Below are positions 12,561 to 25,355 of a stretch of 63,375 nt of DNA, in pieces. Positions within the stretch are counted from its first letter, which is position 1. Every line of letters starts with the position of its first letter. The DNA is from Ancylonema sp. (taxonomy: Eukaryota), in contig JBFLGF010000020.1 of the NCBI GenBank assembly GCA_050230475.1, positions 62,001 through 125,375 on the forward strand, read 5' to 3'. The notes under the pieces were generated by a model that did no database searches, was not told the DNA's origin, and saw only the letters and a program-made list of their open reading frames with translations. Both the position numbers and the translations under genes were made by a program.

Positions 12561-13224
12561 ACGAATATGAGTATGTTACATTATATGCAAGATCACAAAA
12601 ATGATTAACATTCTGCATAATCAATACACATTTGGCATTTGTGGAAACAAATGCGCCTCGAGTGCGTACGAATATCACGCGTATGTGTATACATATACAT
12701 ATACAGAAGTACACTAATAATATACAGAGTGTATATATCTCCAAGTAGGGATGCAAGATCTTTTCTGTAAGTAACCACAATGAGTTTTGAATTCTTACAT
12801 CCCTCATCCGACTGAGAGGTTTTTCTGTACACCTGGGTCGAAGTCTGGACTTGGGTCTTGGTTTTCTTCTGGAACCTCGATAAAGGCACACTTACTTTCA
12901 GAACTCATATACACGTGGTTTCGAAACTGAATCCCTTTTCACCACCGTCTTAACATCTTTCCAAGGGGGCGTAAGGAAGGATAGAGGACGCGGAGGTCCC
13001 ATATTCAATATTTGAACACGTGTCTGGTTTTTATGGGGGTTTCGCCTTCATCCCTGGGTCACCTACTCGCTTGTATGCTACTCCACTCAATTCCTTTGTG
13101 ACTTTTTGCCATTTTGCCTAGTAGCCTTTTTGACATTTTTGACACTGTGCCTTTTGCCATTTTGCGAAGTAGCCTTCTTGACATTTTTGCCATTCTGCCT
13201 TTTGCCATTTTGCCTTTTTGCCAG

Positions 13225-13888
13225 GCCTGGCCACGGAGCCCACCTGAAATTGTGGTGGCTACGGCTGCAGCACTGTTGAATAATTTGTTTGCGTTTGATC
13301 CGAAACGGAGACGGAGGACGGCATTCGTGCGAGACTGCCAATTTGTCGTAAGGCTCGCTGCACTGAAATCTAGCACGATGAATAATATCGGGACCGGAAA
13401 ACAAAAAAAACAAAAAAAAAACACACACCAAAAACACAACAAAAAAAGAAACAAAAAAAACAAAAGTGTTATTTTATTCCGGTTCCAGTGGGGGCTTGGA
13501 GGCTTGATCCCCCCCCCCCCCTTCCGAATAAAAAAACGGGGGGGGGGGCGGTAATGTTCGGTGTTAGCTCCTGGGAGGGGCTTGTGTGTGTGGCGAAAAA
13601 TCGGAAGAACAAAAAAAAAATAAAAAAATGGTGTCACACCTCAAGAAATCCACCTTTTTTTTTTCATGTCCCCCCAACATCATCATTCCTTCTCTTGACT
13701 TTCTCCCCTCTCTCTCTTTCTCTCTTCGTTCTTTTCTTCGTCTTTCTCTCGACTATCTCCCCTCTCTCTTTCTCTTCTTCTTTCTTTTATTGACAATCCC
13801 CCCTCTCTCTTTCTTTATTTCTTTCTTTTTTTCTTTTCTTCCCCCTCTCTCCCCTCCAAGGTGGTGGACGAAGCCGACATGCTGCTCG
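13225..13888 (+). CDS. RH22: Two internal exons of a DEAD-box RNA helicase similar to plastid RH22 (partial, cut by the N at 13889)
   Basis: Exon 13225-13347 reads AWPRSPPEIVVATAAALLNNLFAFDPKRRRRTAFVRDCQFV (AG/GT bounded, phase 0). Exon 13861-13888 reads VVDEADMLL (motif II). Resembles RH22 PDIIVSTPAALLNN...VVFDEADMLL. Confidence 0.75.
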
Positions 13889-13890
13889 NA

Positions 13891-15260
13891 TCCTTCTGTG
13901 AATCTTAGCCAACCCCGTTACAGCGAACACAGATCGAAGAATCGTTATCTCAAAGGAAGCTCTGGCGCGACAGATGTACCTGGGCAGTCAAATGCAGAGG
14001 AAGAAACTTCCGGGGACTTTCATGCTCCACCCAGTGCCAGCTGGCGGACTCTTGGCGTTTCAGAAAGCGTTTCATTGGCTCTAGAAGCTGCTGGTCTGAG
14101 TCACCCTTCTTCTGTCCAGGTACACCGCCTGACTTTAGGGTCCTTTGACTAAAGGGTTAATGAAAGTAGGGACTCTGCTTACGCCGGGTGAAGCATGTCT
14201 TTCTTATCATCTGAAGGAGGGTCCAGAACCGTTTGAATATCTGGTTATGTCAATTTTACAAATGAGTACCACCTTCCCTTCACATATTCACTGATTATAA
14301 GCTTTGCACCCGAAACGTCAACGTGCAACCGAAACCTTCAATTTATTAAACCCTAAAAAAACCCAAACCTTATAGTGTACTCTTCAAACCTCCAACTCCA
14401 GCTCGAAACCATTAACATCAAATCTCAATATCGAAACCTTAATACTTAACACTAAACCCTAACCTTGATCCTCAAACTTCAAACCTCACCTGTTCTGTCT
14501 CCGGGGCCCTGGCAGCATCCATTCCCGCCATAGCCTCCGGCAGTGACGTCATCCTCGCGGCACAAACGGGCAGCGGCAAAACTCACGCCTACCTCGTCCC
14601 CCTCCTGGACCGCATACTGCACCTCCCAACTGCAGCTGGCCCAACTTCGCCCCCTGTCACCGAGCAGGGGGGGGTATCCCAGGGCGGATGGGGTGATGGG
14701 GGGGAATGGGGGGGAGGGGCAGCGTGGGGGGGAGAGGCAGCAGAGGGCGGAGGTTGGGGGAGAGGGTGGGGGAGGGGGGGGGGGGTGGGGCGGGGGTTTG
14801 CCCTGGTTCTGTGCCCCAACGCCCTGCTGTGTCAGCAGGTGGTGCACATGGCGGGGGCCCTGCGGTCGCCCAGGGGGGACCCCTTGGTGAAAGTGGCTTC
14901 GCTGACAGGGGGGGGGAGGTTAGAGGGGCGGCGGGGGTTCGGGGGTTCTGGGGTTAGAGGTTTTGGGTTTTGTATGGTTGTATGGTGCAGAGTTGAGAGT
15001 TTTGTGGGGTTCAGATCGCAGGGTTGGTAGGGTTGGGGGTTTAGGAGTTGGGGAGGCAGTGAGTGGTCGAGCTGGGGTTTATTAAGGTTCAAGTGGGGTG
15101 TTAACTTTTAACCCTGATAACACTTAACCCTTAATCTCGAGGTTGACATCCTGATTGAACCCTGCTCCCGAAAACAGAGTTAAAACCCTAGGAATATGGG
15201 TTAACCCTGATTTATACCGATAACTCTAGGGTTATTGGGGTTATCAGGGTTATTAAAGGG
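13891..15260. repeat. Copy 2 of the 10781-12140 duplication, starting right after the N
   Basis: Direct sequence identity with copy 1. Confidence 0.95.
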
Positions 15261-18219
15261 TTAAATCACCACCTGGAACTATGACCTAGGGGGGGAAACG
15301 GGGGGAAGGGAAGGGGGGGAGGAGGGGGAGGGGGGGAGGGGATGTTTTGGGTTTTGGTTTTGTTTTTACTTTTTTTTTTTACTTTTCTATTCTCAGCATC
15401 AGTATGAAAAATCCAAGTATGCGTGTTGTTCACTAGAACCTGAAAAAGAAAAAAGAAAAATAGAATAGAAATAAAGAAAAACAAAACAAAAAAAAATAGA
15501 AAATAAAAAAATGAAAATTGAATTAAAAAAGAAAATAAAAGTACATGAATATGAAAAATTGCAAAGAAAAATCACTAATGTTACTTAAATGAAACGTACA
15601 TCATATTTTGTGAGTAATGACCCGAAATTAGTATAAAAAACGAGCATGAATTTTACTCACAGTGCAAATCATTTTGGTAATTATTCACTTCCCCCCCTTC
15701 GCTCCGCTAGTTCATTTTTTTCCGTTGTTTTCCCTTTTTTAATCCAGGTGGTTCTCCACGCCCATTCCGCCCATGAGCCCGCTACCATGACCGCCCTCAT
15801 CTTGTTGCTAGATCCCAACGGGGAGGTGATGAAGAAGAGGCCACGGGCTCTTACAGCAAATCAGAGCGCAATTTTGGAGGTGCTTTTTGGGCTCTTTCGT
15901 TTTTCTTCCTCTATGAGGCCAACTTGCTCTCATGGGAAAAGAAAATTGGGTTCTCGATGGGTGGAGGGCGAAGTGGTTATTTTATTTCTTGGGGGCAATA
16001 CAAGCCGAGGGCTTTTTATTGGGGTGGGGAGAGGGGGAGGGAGGGCAGTTGGGTCGTGTGTTTTCTTTGTCTGAGACGTGAACGGTGTATTGCACCTTCC
16101 GTTACTTCGCTGTCACCGTTTACATTCTAAACTCGCTGTGAGAAACTAAGAAATAGGAAGAAATAGAAAGAAACTTTTTGTTCAAATTCTCTATTTTTCA
16201 GCCGTCTTTGGGCTTTACCCTGCACCAAAGGCAAGAAGCATTTAATGTAAACAAAAAATAATTTCCGGGCATCACTTGGTTTCGTAGATCGTTACTACGT
16301 ACGAAATTATTCCGCGTAGCTCACATGCATTCCGAAATTGCAGGCTACTGAGTAGGCTATTGAGTCTGTGGTTTCGGGTTTTGGGCTCAGATTGCTTTGA
16401 AAAGGGGCGTCTGTTTGGAAGAGTACAAATCGTACAAGGCATTGGGAAGGATAGCGGTGAGAGAGGGCGGGAACACGTTGGCGGTCGGCATCGTGACACG
16501 TATTTTGGAGAGGAAATGAGGAATTGCGTGGCGCCATGTATTCGCCACGTATGCGCAATATTTGTGTATGACTGTGGTATGTGACATGCGCGAGTGTGGC
16601 TTTGAGTCCTTTGCGTGCTTTTGTTTTTGTAAATATTAGTCATCTCTTTATGGAGGGGAGTGTGAGTTTCATGTATTTTCCGCACCTTATTTTATCATTG
16701 TTTTTTTTCCGAAGATGGCATGCCAAAATCATTTGCGTCACGTGATTGAAGGCAATCCGGATTCTTGGGCATCAAGGAGGGCCAAATTTCCGGGCCCTTT
16801 TTTTTTCGAAAGTCGGTCACACCTTTGTGTTCATGCGCACTTGTTGGAAGAAGATTCGTTTTTATAAAAATGGGGACCTATCTAGCACACACATACTTGG
16901 CTCGCATTCGCTTTTCTTGTGAAAACGGACTTGCACTTTTTCGGGCACTTCAGGGCACATCAGGGGGAAACCTGAATAGATTTCAAGATAAGTGCACCCA
17001 CATCCGAGTTTCTGCACAACCATTCAAAAAGGCACCATAATTGGCAAACGCATTACACAAAACTCATGAATCAAACCTTGTCATGAAGGCACACTCTGTG
17101 TCGAGCCACCAAAATTTTCCCTGGAAAATACGTGCATTTGAAACGTTTTATGGTAAAATACGTCGGGAGGGAAGCACAATGCTTTGACACTATCTCACGT
17201 CTAATCTTACTAGTACGGGTACTACGGATACATGGTCGCAATCAAAGTACTTGAAAAGTATGTATGTGATGGAGAGGATGAGAGGTTACCCTTCACATGT
17301 GTTGCTCCTTGGTACCACGTGGTTTGCCACGTGGTTGTTCTCTTTCCGCATGTGTGCACTTGTGTCCTTGCCTTGCCTTTCAAGTGTAAGTGCCAGCCGC
17401 ATATGTGTCTCCGAACCCGTCCGGGACACGTCCGGAGCCGGACGAGTCCCGGACCCGACCGGCATTTTCGCGTCCGGGACGCAACTATGCCATGGAGGTT
17501 CTTAAAATTTCCCAAAACGTTTTGGAGTAAGGAATCTTTCCTAAGTCGGTAATATAAAATTAATGCTTCCCCCGTAGGTTGATTTTCTGTGTTGTGCAAT
17601 GTTTGCAAGCGAGAATGAATCATTCGTTTGGAGGGCTCATTGCCACGTACTCTAGCCCTGTGTCAAGAACAAATGCTTGTTGAACGTACAACAGTGTGTA
17701 CGATATTGGGAAGATGTGGCCAAAACACAATCATTATTCCTGATTATCGATTTTTCCCGATATTTTTTTTAATCTTTGCGAAATTCAGCCCACCTCCGTA
17801 ACACTGACTAAATAAATTTGGTTGTTTGAAAAAAAAATTACAAAACAAAAAAATGTTCAATGGTGGTTTCTTGTGGAGAAAATTTTCTAGCTAATTTGTT
17901 GCACACCAAACGCTCCTATTCTAACTCCTGAAAGTCATTCTGCCATAATTTAGACTCCTCTTCCTCGACTCGTCTTGAACATGATCCTCAAGTCATGCCC
18001 CTCCAAATCATAAAAGTGTACATTGAAGTGTAAACTTTTATGATTTGGAGGGGCCTAAATGTAGTGCCAACACATGGGTGCAAGTGCTAATACTACCTAA
18101 GCTAGCAAGTTGTACATCTATGCATTTCCTACACAACCTATCTAAGCACACAACTTAAACTCCTTGACTAACCTTCACATGTTTCCTCGGACACGAAATG
18201 AGTCCTAATCCTTTTGGCG

Positions 18220-19022
18220 CGTCTGAATTATTTTAACTGATTCTCGCATTTCGCCCATACGAACTAAGTATCTAGCAAAACAATCTCCACCAGTTTGCCA
18301 TTCTACTTTCCAGTCAAGTTCATCATAACACTCATAATAATCTACTTTACGAAGATCCCATTGAATTCCTGAAGCTCGTAGCATTTGTCCAGAAAGACCC
18401 CAGTTTATGGCCTACATTTTCTACCCTTTGTAGAAAAATAGGATTTCTAGTAATAAGTCTTTCATATTCGTCTATTTTTGGTAAAAAATAATCACAAAAG
18501 TCCAAACATTTATCTACCCAGCCATAAGGCAAGTCTACAGCAACTCCTCCGATCCGAAAATAATTATGCATCATTCTCATACCAGTTGAAGCTTCAAATA
18601 AGTCCTAAATCATCTCTCTTTCTCTTACTATATAGAAGAAAGGAGTTTGTGCTCCAATATCTGCCATAAATGGACCAAGCCACAATAAATGAGAAGCTAT
18701 ACGACTCAATTCTAGCATTATCATACGAATATAACTAGCTCTTTTTGGGACCTGAATATTGGCCAATTTTTCTGGGGCATTTACAGTAATTGCTTCTGTA
18801 AACATAGTTGCAAGATAATCCCAGCTAGTTACATACGGAAGATATTGTAAAATAGTTCTATTTTCTGCAATCTTTTCCATACCTCGATGTAAATATCCTA
18901 GCACAGGTTCACAATGAGTTACATTTTCACCATCTAAAGCAAGAATTAGTCGAAGAACACCATGCATTGATGGATGATGAGGACCCATGAATTATCATAG
19001 GATCAGTTTTTGTACTTAGCAT
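18220..19022 (-). pseudogene. ndhH: Plastid ndhH pseudogene in a NUPT (5' two-thirds)
   Basis: [21 protein letters not shown]...[15 protein letters not shown]...[11 protein letters not shown]. Frameshift after [14 protein letters not shown] at 18605-18607 and a later deletion/frameshift. Confidence 0.95.
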
Positions 19023-19139
19023 AACTCTAATTTTTCTATTATTTTATTTGATCTTATAATTTCCAATATATATTGTTTATTTTTTAAATTCGCTTTTAAT
19101 TTAATATCATTAAAAAAAAAAAAAAAACATTAAAAAACA

Positions 19140-19433
19140 ATTAAGTAATTCCTCGGATTCCAAGAAAATTGATTGACCTCTTACATCTAACTACATCTTC
19201 TCGAAATAAATAAATCAAAAGACGTTTACGTGTTCCTCATATTTTTTGGGTCCTCTTTGAGACGAATAATATTTCTTGTGTTCTTTTAAATGATAACTAA
19301 GTTGAATAACTCTGTTAGTTAAAAAAAAAAAAATCTGAGATTCAGTGGATCCTACATTTTCTTGAAATGCATATTTTGTTTTTATTTCTAAGTTTTGATT
19401 CATAAAATAACAGCTTTTTTTAATACTAATCAT
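19140..19433 (-). pseudogene. rps15: Plastid rps15 pseudogene in a NUPT
   Basis: ENVGSTESQIF..TNRVIQLSYHLKEHKKYYSSQRG; frameshifted; lies between ycf1 and ndhH. Confidence 0.9.
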
Positions 19434-19554
19434 ACCTAATTATAGTATAACATACCTAGATTTAATTTATATAAGAATAATTTGGCAGTACATTATAGGT
19501 TAGTTTAACAAATATTTTATTATATTTTGTTTTTTTTAGAGTTCTAAAATAAAA

Positions 19555-19825
19555 TTACTGTAATATAAAAAAATTGTTAAATTTGTATATTATAGTAATT
19601 CTATTTGAATGCAATTGATTCTCTTGACGATAAATAGAAGGATACATCTTAATTCTTAGTGTACTAAAACGACTTTGATTGTTAGAATCAATAGAAAATC
19701 TAGTAATACAAGCTAAGTCTTCTAAACGATGAACACGCCATAATAATCGTTTTAAAATACGATCGTATTTTAAAACGTCATTTTTGTTAAATAACAAAAG
19801 ATATTTATTGAAGAAACGAAATGAA
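19555..19825 (-). pseudogene. ycf1: Plastid ycf1 3' end in a NUPT
   Basis: [39 protein letters not shown] matches the conserved Ycf1 C-terminal motif. Confidence 0.88.
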
Positions 19826-19874
19826 AATCACTCGCTCCCTCGCGCGCCCAACACAGCGTGAGCAACGGTAACTG

Positions 19875-20515
19875 TGAGGATTCTAAAAGAGTGTGAAGCA
19901 ATACAATAACTAAGTAAGAACACTATAGCTATCGGTCGGCGATTAGCTATCTATGTGTAAGTCTTAATTGCTTGTAATCTGCAGCAAAGGACTTTGAGTC
20001 TGCAAACTGAGCGTAGCTCTGACTTGCGTCGTGTAAATCAGAACACAGGGTAATTCGCGACGGCGAAGTAAACAGACTGAAGCACGATGAGCGACAGCTC
20101 GGATGTGCAAGCAGCAATGACAGTAAAGCACACGAAGCAAGCAAGCAGATTGCAAGGCAAAGCACAGTAGACCGAGATACAGATTACACGAGAGGCAAGA
20201 TAGGATGCAAGTCTCTTCAGCGTTAGATTCAGCAAAAGCTGAATTTAGAGTTCGAAGTACACAGGTTATATTCCCACTTCTACAGATGACGCTAGACGCG
20301 TGTCGATCTACAATTCAATCTCAAGAAATATGTCTCGCGCGCAAATGTCTTATCTACAATATCTAACGTCGGGTATTCATCGACGGCTAACAATTATGAC
20401 AAGTCATCACAAGTTGATTGCATTGCTGACTAATACAAAAGTGCCACGTCGGATCGACGGATAACAAATGCTAAGCAAATCTAATTCAAATATTGAGCGG
20501 GGGCGCAGGCTGACA
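19875..20515 (-). mobile_element. Probable solo LTR
   Basis: TG...CA ends flanked by ACTG on both sides (19871-19874, 20516-20519). The minus-strand start TGTCAGCCTGCGCCCCCGCT resembles TGTCACGACTCCGCTCCCGCT at 781. Confidence 0.5.
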
Positions 20516-20629
20516 ACTGGAGCTCGGGAGCGGGCCGGCGAGCGGGACGGAAGTTGTAGTGCGGTAGGCGGAACTCTTGATTTGGCGCGGCGCAGACGTG
20601 ATTTATTATAGGGAGAGATTTAGTAGATA

Positions 20630-21312
20630 TTAGGGGGTAAAATAGCTAACGATCTCAGACGTCGTGACATACCAGCGTGGTGTGTGAACTGTAGCCAGGA
20701 GTCCCGCCAAGAATTTGATAACGTTCTCGTCCATCATGCGGCCGATGACAGCATGCCGTTGCTTCTCATTGGTGGAGTGTGCAGCTGAGTCTCCCGGGAT
20801 GATGCCCATGTAGCGTTCTTTGTACCATGTAGAGGGGATTTCCCAACGTCGTGCCGGGCTTTTCACCATGCCTGCACCAGCGGTGAGGTGGACGTACTTG
20901 TAGACTGGGTTGTCGGTAAAGGGGGAGAATGTTGGTAACGCCTTGCGTTCTTCATGACGTACGTTGAGTGTTGATTTGAAGGTGTCGGTTATGTACACAG
21001 TCTGCGGCTCGTATCTTGTGTCGAGGACTGCCGAAGTGGTAGGTAAGGCATTGTGCAAATCGGAAAGGGATAGTTAGTTTGTCCATACATGAATGGGTCC
21101 ATGGACGTTGCAGCCGAAGTTTGTACCATCGATGATGACTGAGTGTCCCAAGCAGGCGTGTGCATAAGGCATCATCTCCCTCACCTACTCTGGTGTGTCC
21201 GCGGTAATGGCCTTGGTCTAGAAGATGTAGAGGGGGTGGTAGTTTTGGATGGAGTAGAGTTTTTGGGTCATGTGGATCAAGGTAATGAACGGAATGACTC
21301 GATGATCGTAGA
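20630..21312 (-). pseudogene. C-terminal half of a C5-DNA-methyltransferase-like protein (motifs VI-X), split from its N-half by the chromovirus
   Basis: ...IIDGTNFGCNVHGPIHVWTN*...RKALPTF...EIPSTWYKERYMGIIPGDS...QRHAVIGRMMDENVIKFL aligns with 51605-52165; three in-frame stops. Confidence 0.8.
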
Positions 21313-21764
21313 TGTTAGGGACGGATGCAAAAAGGCGTCCCTAGCAAGCAAGTTGCAATCTGCACACAAGTGGAAAGGTGGCGAAATGCCGGATAGGACG
21401 AGATGGCATGAGCCGATGGACATGGTGGTGAACTAATCGGGAGTGCAAGTACATGAGTTGATAGGAATGCTCTAAAGACATTCCTATGGACTATATATAG
21501 GAACTAGCTCAAGTCTGAATCACGACTGCAAGTGGGATAACTCACTCTAAATATGATAAGGACACATCAAGTCTGGCTAACGGCACAACTGCCTTGGGTA
21601 AGGACACATCAGAATACTCCCTAGGGGCCAGGCGGCCGCTAGGGACACAACTCCCACTCTATAGGGACAGAACTCGCTATAGGGAAAACTAAGCTAGAGC
21701 GCGCTAGCGCGAAGTGTGGGGACCTCGCTAGGGAGCCCTAGTGACTGTAGCGAGGGTCCTAAGA
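21313..21764 (-). repeat. 3' LTR of the chromovirus
   Basis: Direct repeat of 26450-26892 with scattered substitutions and small indels. Confidence 0.95.
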
Positions 21765-21775
21765 GTACCCCCCCC

Positions 21776-23050
21776 TCAAGGCGCGGAACGCGATGAGGGA
21801 GGCGGTGCAGGCCGAGCGGGAAACGTGGCATGGAAATCTGCGACCGCGTCCGCAGCATTTTCCATGTTGTCGGCAGGTTCCCAAGAACGCTCTGATTCAT
21901 CGTACCCGACCCAGTCGACGAGGTAGAAGAGCTGGCCTCGCACGATCTTGGAATCCATAACTGTGGCCACCTCATGTTGTGGCGCGCCGTCCACAACGAC
22001 CGGAGGTGGAGGTGCCACGACACGACCTGGGAATGTGTTGGTATGGTACGGCTCGAGGAGGCTGACGTGGAAGACCGGATGGATTTTCACAGAGGACGGC
22101 AGCTCCAAGCGATACGACGAGGTGCCGATCTGGCGGCCAAGCACCGGGACAGGACCCAGACGACGGACATCCAGTTTCGACGAAGGACGAGTGGATCCGA
22201 CGTGGCGCCGGGACAGCCATACTTTCTGACCAGGCGAAAACATCGGAGCCGATTTGCGCTTCCGATTGGCCGAAGTTTCCATCGCCCGCTGGGATTTGCG
22301 AAGCGCTGACTGGAGGAAATCTTGGGTGCCGTGGATCGTTGTTTTAAAATAATCGTCGGCTGCGGGGTTGGGGGGATTGGGGGAGGGCGGGAGCAGCAAC
22401 ATCTGCGGGTGGAAGCCGTAGTTGGCAAAGAACGGGGAGAGGGTGGTGGCGGAGTGCTTGGAGTTGTTGTAAGCGAACTCCGCCAGCGGCAAAAGTTTGG
22501 ACCAATCGGATTGTTGGTAATCGGTGTAGATTCGCAGATATTGCTCGAGAACCGAATTCAGGCGCTCCGTCTGCCCGTCCGTCTGCGGGTGAAAAGCAGA
22601 GGAGCGGTTGGCCCGGACGCCGAGCAGCTCCAACAGCCGGCGCCAAAAGTGGCTGGTGAAGATGAGATCGCGGTCGCTGATGAGGCTGTTAGGCAACCCA
22701 TGCAGGCGCACCACTTGCTGCACGAAAAGCGCTGCGACCTCAGGAGCCGCCATGGCCTTGGTGGTAGGGGAAGTGGGCCTGCTCGTCAGCCGGTCGACGA
22801 CCACTAGAATTGCGTCGTGGTAGTCGCTAGGGGGAAGGTCAGTTATCCAGTCTAGAGAGACACTGGTCCATGGCTGGGTAGGTATTGGTAAGGGGAACAA
22901 TAGTCCATAGGGCGCATGGCGCAACGGCTTGGTCCGGGCGCACATGTCGCACGTGCGCACGTACTCCTCCACTGCCTTCGATAGGCCAGGCCAGTGGAAG
23001 TACTGCGCCACCAGCGCGTGCGTGCGGGCAGTGCCAAAGTGGCCTGCCAT
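21776..23050 (-). CDS. Integrase plus chromodomain of the chromovirus pol
   Basis: GHFG...CDMC zinc finger, SLDWITDLP, SDRD, HPQTDGQTERLN, GPF-like region, chromodomain EVATVMDSK...YLVDWVGYDESERSWEP. Confidence 0.95.
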   Translation of the reverse strand: MAGHFGTARTHALVAQYFHWPGLSKAVEEYVRTCDMCARTKPLRHAPYGLLFPLPIPTQPWTSVSLDWITDLPPSDYHDAILVVVDRLTSRPTSPTTKAMAAPEVAALFVQQVVRLHGLPNSLISDRDLIFTSHFWRRLLELLGVRANRSSAFHPQTDGQTERLNSVLEQYLRIYTDYQQSDWSKLLPLAEFAYNNSKHSATTLSPFFANYGFHPQMLLLPPSPNPPNPAADDYFKTTIHGTQDFLQSALRKSQRAMETSANRKRKSAPMFSPGQKVWLSRRHVGSTRPSSKLDVRRLGPVPVLGRQIGTSSYRLELPSSVKIHPVFHVSLLEPYHTNTFPGRVVAPPPPVVVDGAPQHEVATVMDSKIVRGQLFYLVDWVGYDESERSWEPADNMENAADAVADFHATFPARPAPPPSSRSAP

Positions 23051-23068
23051 AGTGCGTCGTGGTACGAG

Positions 23069-24700
23069 TCAGGATAGAGAGGATAAGGATAAGGGCTTAG
23101 GGGGAATAGCGAGGCGGCTGCGATGGTAGAGAAGGCCGTCTCGTAGGGTGTAGGGGAATTGGGACTCGCCTGCAGTGCGACTCGGGCTGGATTCCCGAGC
23201 GGGTCCGGGTTGTAGGGACGTAGCGATAGCGTGTAGGGTTGGGTCGGCTAGCTGAGCAGCGCAAATGGCTTCGAGGATAGGGTTGTCGTTAGGTGCAAGT
23301 AGGATAGCTGCAGCACGCACCGGGGAAACTGGTATAAAAGCTGGTGGTGGAAGGACTGGGTGGGGGGATGTGGCTGGCAGCAGATAGTCAGGTATGCGGG
23401 AAAGGACGTCCGGCTTGCCATGGCTGAACCCCTTCTTGTAGACTATAGTGAAGTCGTAGGCTGCCAGCGTCTCGGCCCACCGCGCATGCCTACGGGATGT
23501 AGTTCGAGCGGCCTGGAAGTACTCTAGGTTCTTATGGTCGGTGTGGACGACGATAGGGTGGGCCGCGCCTTTCAAGTAGACTCGCGACTGGCGAAACGCA
23601 GCCACGATGGCGAGCAGCTCTTTGTCATAGATAGGATAGTTGAGTTCGGCTGGGATGAACTTCCGGGAGTAGTATGCTACGGGGTGGAGCTCGCCGCTGG
23701 GATCTGGTTGCGACAGGACGCAGCCGAGGCCGAAGTCTGAGGCGTCTGCTTCGATGGTAAGCGGCTGCAGTGGTGGGAAATGTTGCAAGACGGGAGCTGA
23801 GGTGAAGGCCAGCTTGAGGGATTGGAAAGTTGTCTCCACCTCAGGTTTCCAGCAAAATGTTGCCCCCTTCCGAGTCAATGAGGTGAGGGGGCACGCCACC
23901 GTAGAATACCCGTTAATGAAACGTCTGTAGAAGTTAGCAACCAAGAAAGGACTGGATCTCCTTGATTGACTGGGGTTTGGGCCAGTCAAGGAGAGATGCC
24001 ACTTTCTCGGGATCCATACCCACGTCGGCTGGGGATACCCGGTAGCCGAGAAAGTCGATAGTGTCTGTGTTGAACTGACACTTCTCGATCTTAGCATAGA
24101 GGTTGGTGGTTCTTGCGTAGGATTGCGAGGATAGCACGGACGTGGGGGACATGTTCGGCAAGGGAGGGGGAGTAGATGATCATGTCATCGAGGAGGTTTG
24201 CTAGGAAGACGTCGAGAGGCTCGCGAAACACGTCGTTGATGAAGGACTGAAAGGCTGCCGGAGCATTGGTAGGCCCGAAAGGGTAGACCTAGTACTCGTA
24301 GTGGCCGTAGCGGCAGCGGAATGCAGGCTTGTACTCATCCCCCTCTTTGACGCGCAGCTGGTGATAAGCGTTGCGGAGGTCTCTTAGTGAAGATCGTGGC
24401 GGAGTTGAGGCGGTCCAGCAGCTCAGGTATGAGGGGTAAAGGGCAGCGATTCTTCACCGTGACCGCATTGAGCTCGCGGTAGTCCACGCACAACTTGAGT
24501 TTGCCATCAGCCTTTTTTATGAACATAACCGGTGCTCCACCCGGGCTAGTGGATGGCCGGATGAAGCCATTCGCCAAGTTGTCCGTGATGTACGTTTTGA
24601 GAGTTGCCAGCTGTGGCTCTGAGAAGGTATATATCGGCCCCCAGGGGGGTTCCTTGCCTGGTAAGAGAGGGATCGCTAAATCGTAGGACCTGTGGGGGGG
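23069..24700 (-). pseudogene. RT and RNase H of the chromovirus pol (frameshifted)
   Basis: [69 protein letters not shown]. Confidence 0.95.
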
Positions 24701-24806
24701 AGGGGAAGCGTGTTTGCAGCCTCCTCGGAGAACACGTCTGCGAAGTCGTGGTACTCGGGAGGGAGCTTGCCTAACAGGGCGGGGTCTGGGAGGAAGTGCA
24801 CAGCGT

Positions 24807-25319
24807 TCAAAACTGCAGGTTTTTGGGCTGGGTATAAGGCGGGGGAAGGGGGGGGGGGGGGGAAGGGGAAGTACTGGACAGCAGGCACTCAGCAGCACAG
24901 TGTGGACAGGTGAGGGACAGGGTGCCTGACCGCCAGTCTATGTTGGGGTTGTGCTTGTGCAGCCAGGGGAAACCCAAGACGACTAGGCAGTGCGCCAAGC
25001 GGGTGACGTCCAAGGTGATGGTTTCTGTGTGGTCGCTTGGGGATCGGAGTTGTGCTGAGAAGTAGCAGGTAATGGGGCCAGCAGCTGGAGGATTGCCATC
25101 AATAAGCTCGACCGGGATAGGCTGGGGATGGGGGTGGGTGGGTAGATTGTTGTCTTCCAGGATCTGGAGGTCTATGAAGTTTCCTGACGCCCCAGAGTCG
25201 ATCAGCACGCGGACAAGTACGGACAGGTATGGGTGGGAGGGGGTAACGGAGTAGCTGGCAGGCCAGCAGGAGCTAGCGGGGGTGGGGAAAGGGGGAGGGT
25301 AGGGAAAGGGGACCCCCAC
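24807..25319 (-). pseudogene. Aspartic protease of the chromovirus
   Basis: VLIDSGASGNFI ... [17 protein letters not shown]. Confidence 0.92.
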
Positions 25320-25355
25320 AGACCCCTCCTAGGACTGTGTGGGGTGGTCGTTTTT

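Noticed and set aside
15748..15825. Exon-like segment VVLHAHSAHEPATMTALILLLDPNGE
   Set aside because: Plausible splice sites but no recognisable homology or partner exons.
18220..19825. Functional ndhH/rps15 or bacterial nuoD contamination
   Set aside because: Frameshifts, a stop, truncation and plastid gene order inside nuclear repeats indicate a NUPT.
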